From: Bdellovibrionota bacterium | Lineage (GTDB): Bacteria; Bdellovibrionota_C; UBA2361; JBGSMV01 | Direction of reading: 5' to 3' | NCBI GenBank assembly: GCA_041739995.1 | Contig: JBGSMV010000047.1 | Coordinates: 128,001 to 192,000 of the forward strand | DNA: 64,000 bases | Part shown: piece after piece, positions 61,600 to 64,000 of the stretch | Layout of the letters: the number at the start of each line of letters is the position of its first letter | Numbering within the stretch: the stretch's first letter is position 1 | The notes under the pieces: generated by a model | Databases searched by the model: none | What the model was told of the DNA's origin: nothing | The model's input: the letters and a program-made list of their open reading frames with translations, nothing else | Translations under genes and position numbers: made by a program

Positions 61600-62712
61600 T
61601 TTGAGGGCTCACTCATCAGATACGATTCTATGAACGGGTCGATGTCTCCATCAAGCACGTTATTTACGGCTGAGGTCTCGAAGTCCGTTCTGAGATCCTT
61701 TACTAGTTGATAGGGCTGCATCACGTAAGAGCGAATCTGGCTACCAAAATCAATGGTTTTTCGCTCACCCTGTATAGATTTGACCTTATCAGCAGTTTCA
61801 CGCTGCTGAAGCTCGAACAGTTTTGACCTGAGCGTCTTCATCGCTCGGGCGCGGTTTTTGTGCTGAGAGCGTTCATTTTGGCAGGCCACCACAATGCCAG
61901 TCGGAATATGTGTAATGCGAACGGCGCTGTCCGTTTTGTTCACGTGCTGACCACCAGCACCAGAAGAACGATAGGTATCAGTTTTAAGATCCTTTTCATC
62001 AATCTCAACTTCAACATCATCGTCTAGTTCAGGCGTGACCATGATCGAAGCAAAGGAAGTGTGTCGTCTGGCATTGGAATCAAACGGGGAGATTCTCACT
62101 AAGCGATGCACTCCAATTTCAGAACGCAGATACCCGTATGCAAAATCTCCCTGAATGCTAAGCGCCGCACGCTTAATTCCGGCACCTTCTCCTGGTTGAT
62201 AGTCCAATTCCTCGAGCTCAAATCCTTTGCGCTCCGCCCAGCGGATGTACATGCGCAGCAACATTTCTGCCCAGTCTTGAGCCTCGGTGCCACCAGACCC
62301 GGCATTTATTTCTATGATGGCATGTGATCGATCGAATTCGCCTCGCATCTTGCGAAGGAATTCATGACGTTCGATTTCTTGCGCGAGTTTTTTGGCAGAC
62401 GCAAAGGCTTCGCGCAGCATGTCTTCGTCTTTGGATTCACGCCCAAGTTCTAGAGCAGCAACTGAGTCGCCATACAGTTCTTCGAGACGCAGAAACAAAG
62501 AGATGACCGCTTGAGCTTCCGAGCGCTCTTTCATTATTAGAGCGGCTTTTTCTGAGTTGTTCCAGAGGTCAGACTGTTGAGAGAGGGCTTCTATTTCGGC
62601 AATGCGGTGTTCTTTTGAAGCGACGTCAAAGAAACCCCCTCAGGGCATCCACTCGCCCTCGAAGCTCTTCAAGTTGATTTCGGCATTCATTCGGATCAAG
62701 TAGGTCGACCAT
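61590..62712 (-). CDS. prfB: Peptide chain release factor 2, expressed via programmed +1 frameshift
   Basis: ORF0 from ATG 62712 reads MVDLLDPNECRNQLEELRGRVDALRGFL, ending AGG GGG TTT CTT TGA C. The +1 frame continues DVASKEHR.. into the ORF with SPF and GGQ motifs. Confidence 0.96.
62625..62640 (-). promoter_or_regulatory. prfB +1 frameshift cassette (internal SD AGGGGG plus CTT TGA C)
   Basis: Minus strand AGGGGGTTTCTTTGAC matches the established RF2 autoregulatory site. Confidence 0.95.
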
Positions 62713-62768
62713 TAGGCGAACCGTAACAAAAGTAGGCCAGTTTGCGAAGGGAAGACCGTAGAAGACTG

Positions 62769-63473
62769 CTATTTGCGTTTACTGATGAGGCTGGACGAAA
62801 GCTCTCTATGTTTAGCGAATAGGCGTCGCTCAATGCGACGCATGAGTTCAGCGTCTTTGCGGTCTACTCGCTCGTGGTCGTATCCGAGTAAATGCAGCAC
62901 CCCATGCAGCAACAGCCGGATCAGCTCCTCTCCAAGGCTCCAACCATATCGTCGGCTCTGAACTGCTGCGGTATCCAAGGACACCACAATGTCCCCAAGA
63001 GAGTACTGCACTTCATCAATCGCCAGCTCTCCGTAGTCCTTTGGGGTGACGGTTGGAAAGGAGAGCACGTCGGTAGGCTTGTCCTTCTTGCGGTAGGAAC
63101 GGTTCAGTTCGTGAATCTTTGGATCGCCCACAAAGGAGAGTGAAATGATGCGTACCGACTTAGGCGGAAATGGCAGCATGCCGCGCGTTCGAATGCCGCG
63201 TGGTGCAGGGTGCTCAAGGGAGTAGAGCGCTGACTGAATAAGGCGCCGCAAGACTGAGCGGTCGATTGGCGGTGTTTTTCGCTCACAAACGATGTCGACA
63301 ACCCACGGCGACTTTGGAGTCGCTGGTGGGCGCCGCGCTACGGGCGCTTTCGTTGCCTTTGATGATCTGCGGCTGAATAACTTAGAGCTGCGCCTGAGCT
63401 TTCGCTTTGTGGATAGAGGGGCGGCTCCTTTTCCCTTTCGCCTACGATGGACCGCCCGAGCTGCCTTTGCCAT
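62769..63473 (-). CDS. ybeY: rRNA maturation RNase YbeY with long basic N-terminal extension
   Basis: LNRSYRKKDKPTDVLSFP, LGDIVVS, HGVLHLLGYDH. Confidence 0.93.
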   Translation of the reverse strand: MAKAARAVHRRRKGKGAAPLSTKRKLRRSSKLFSRRSSKATKAPVARRPPATPKSPWVVDIVCERKTPPIDRSVLRRLIQSALYSLEHPAPRGIRTRGMLPFPPKSVRIISLSFVGDPKIHELNRSYRKKDKPTDVLSFPTVTPKDYGELAIDEVQYSLGDIVVSLDTAAVQSRRYGWSLGEELIRLLLHGVLHLLGYDHERVDRKDAELMRRIERRLFAKHRELSSSLISKRK

Positions 63474-63535
63474 AATCGATTGTCTTATAACCTGAGTCTC
63501 TTATCCGAAACTCAGGTTTATACGAACTAGTAAGA

Positions 63536-64000
63536 ATGCGCGAGGATCAAGAAGTGGGAACGAATCAAGAAGTTGTAGAGGAGACCGCTCCAATTGTTCA
63601 TGGGCGTTCCGAGCAAGAGCTCGTGCGCATGAAGAAGCTCGTCGAACTTAGGGAGAAGGGCTTTGGGTTCCCAAACGACGCGAAAGTTACCGCAACCTCG
63701 CGAGTGATCAGGGAGTCCTCCGCAGTTGCTCCAGAAGAAGCGCCTCGCTACACCATCGCCGGACGCATAGTGCAAATGCGCGTCATGGGTAAGGCCACTT
63801 TTGTGCACCTACTAGACGTTGACGGCAAGGTGCAAGCCTACGTTAAGAAAGACGACGTCGGAGAGGATTCATACGCAACTTTTAAGACATTCGATCTTGG
63901 CGACATTATTGAGGTGCGCGGCTACCCCTTTGTTACCAAGACCGGAGAGCCAAGTTTGCACGCTGAGAGCGTTCGATTGCTGACGAAGTCGCTCATTCCT
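63536..64000 (+). CDS. lysS: Lysyl-tRNA synthetase, class II (5' part; runs off the window end)
   Basis: Open frame from ATG 63536: RMKKL..FPN..IAGRIVQMRVMGKATF..KVQAY..DLGDII..TKTGE..LLTKSL. Confidence 0.93.
   Translation, partial: MREDQEVGTNQEVVEETAPIVHGRSEQELVRMKKLVELREKGFGFPNDAKVTATSRVIRESSAVAPEEAPRYTIAGRIVQMRVMGKATFVHLLDVDGKVQAYVKKDDVGEDSYATFKTFDLGDIIEVRGYPFVTKTGEPSLHAESVRLLTKSLIP

Noticed and set aside
61590..62712. prfB as a truncated or frameshifted pseudogene
   Set aside because: The break is the canonical programmed CTT-TGA frameshift with its internal SD.

Overview
Chromosomal replication-origin region of a bacterium that looks deltaproteobacteria-like (Bdellovibrionota/Myxococcota-type gene content; inferred from the split atp operon, the MXAN_5187-like gene and the bactofilin beside parB). 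It contains dnaA-oriC-dnaN-recF-gyrB, glmU, atpI-B-E, and a separate parA-parB-bactofilin-atpF'FHAGDC cluster with two perfect parS sites. It also carries mlaEFDC-pilD, uvrD/pcrA, hrpB, prfB with an intact programmed +1 frameshift, ybeY and the 5' part of lysS. Accessory genes include three Tad-type pseudopilin/vWA genes, a persulfide dioxygenase-rhodanese pair, a Tat-signal SOD and GT-C-like membrane proteins. I saw no rRNA, tRNA, CRISPR array or intact transposase. Main observations: (1) an unannotated ~173-bp structured element present twice, 58 kb apart (3541-3713 +, 61426-61599 -), with a long inverted repeat and a second hairpin showing a compensatory base-pair change; (2) directly downstream of one copy, an alpha-oxoamine-synthase homologue that lacks the PLP lysine and resembles the non-catalytic eukaryotic SPT subunit LCB1; (3) an Mla system with a double-MCE MlaD and an MlaF with a degenerate ABC signature; (4) many unrelated 14-16-bp tandem duplications, plus disordered insertions in core proteins. 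All calls come from reading motifs by eye; no searches were run.
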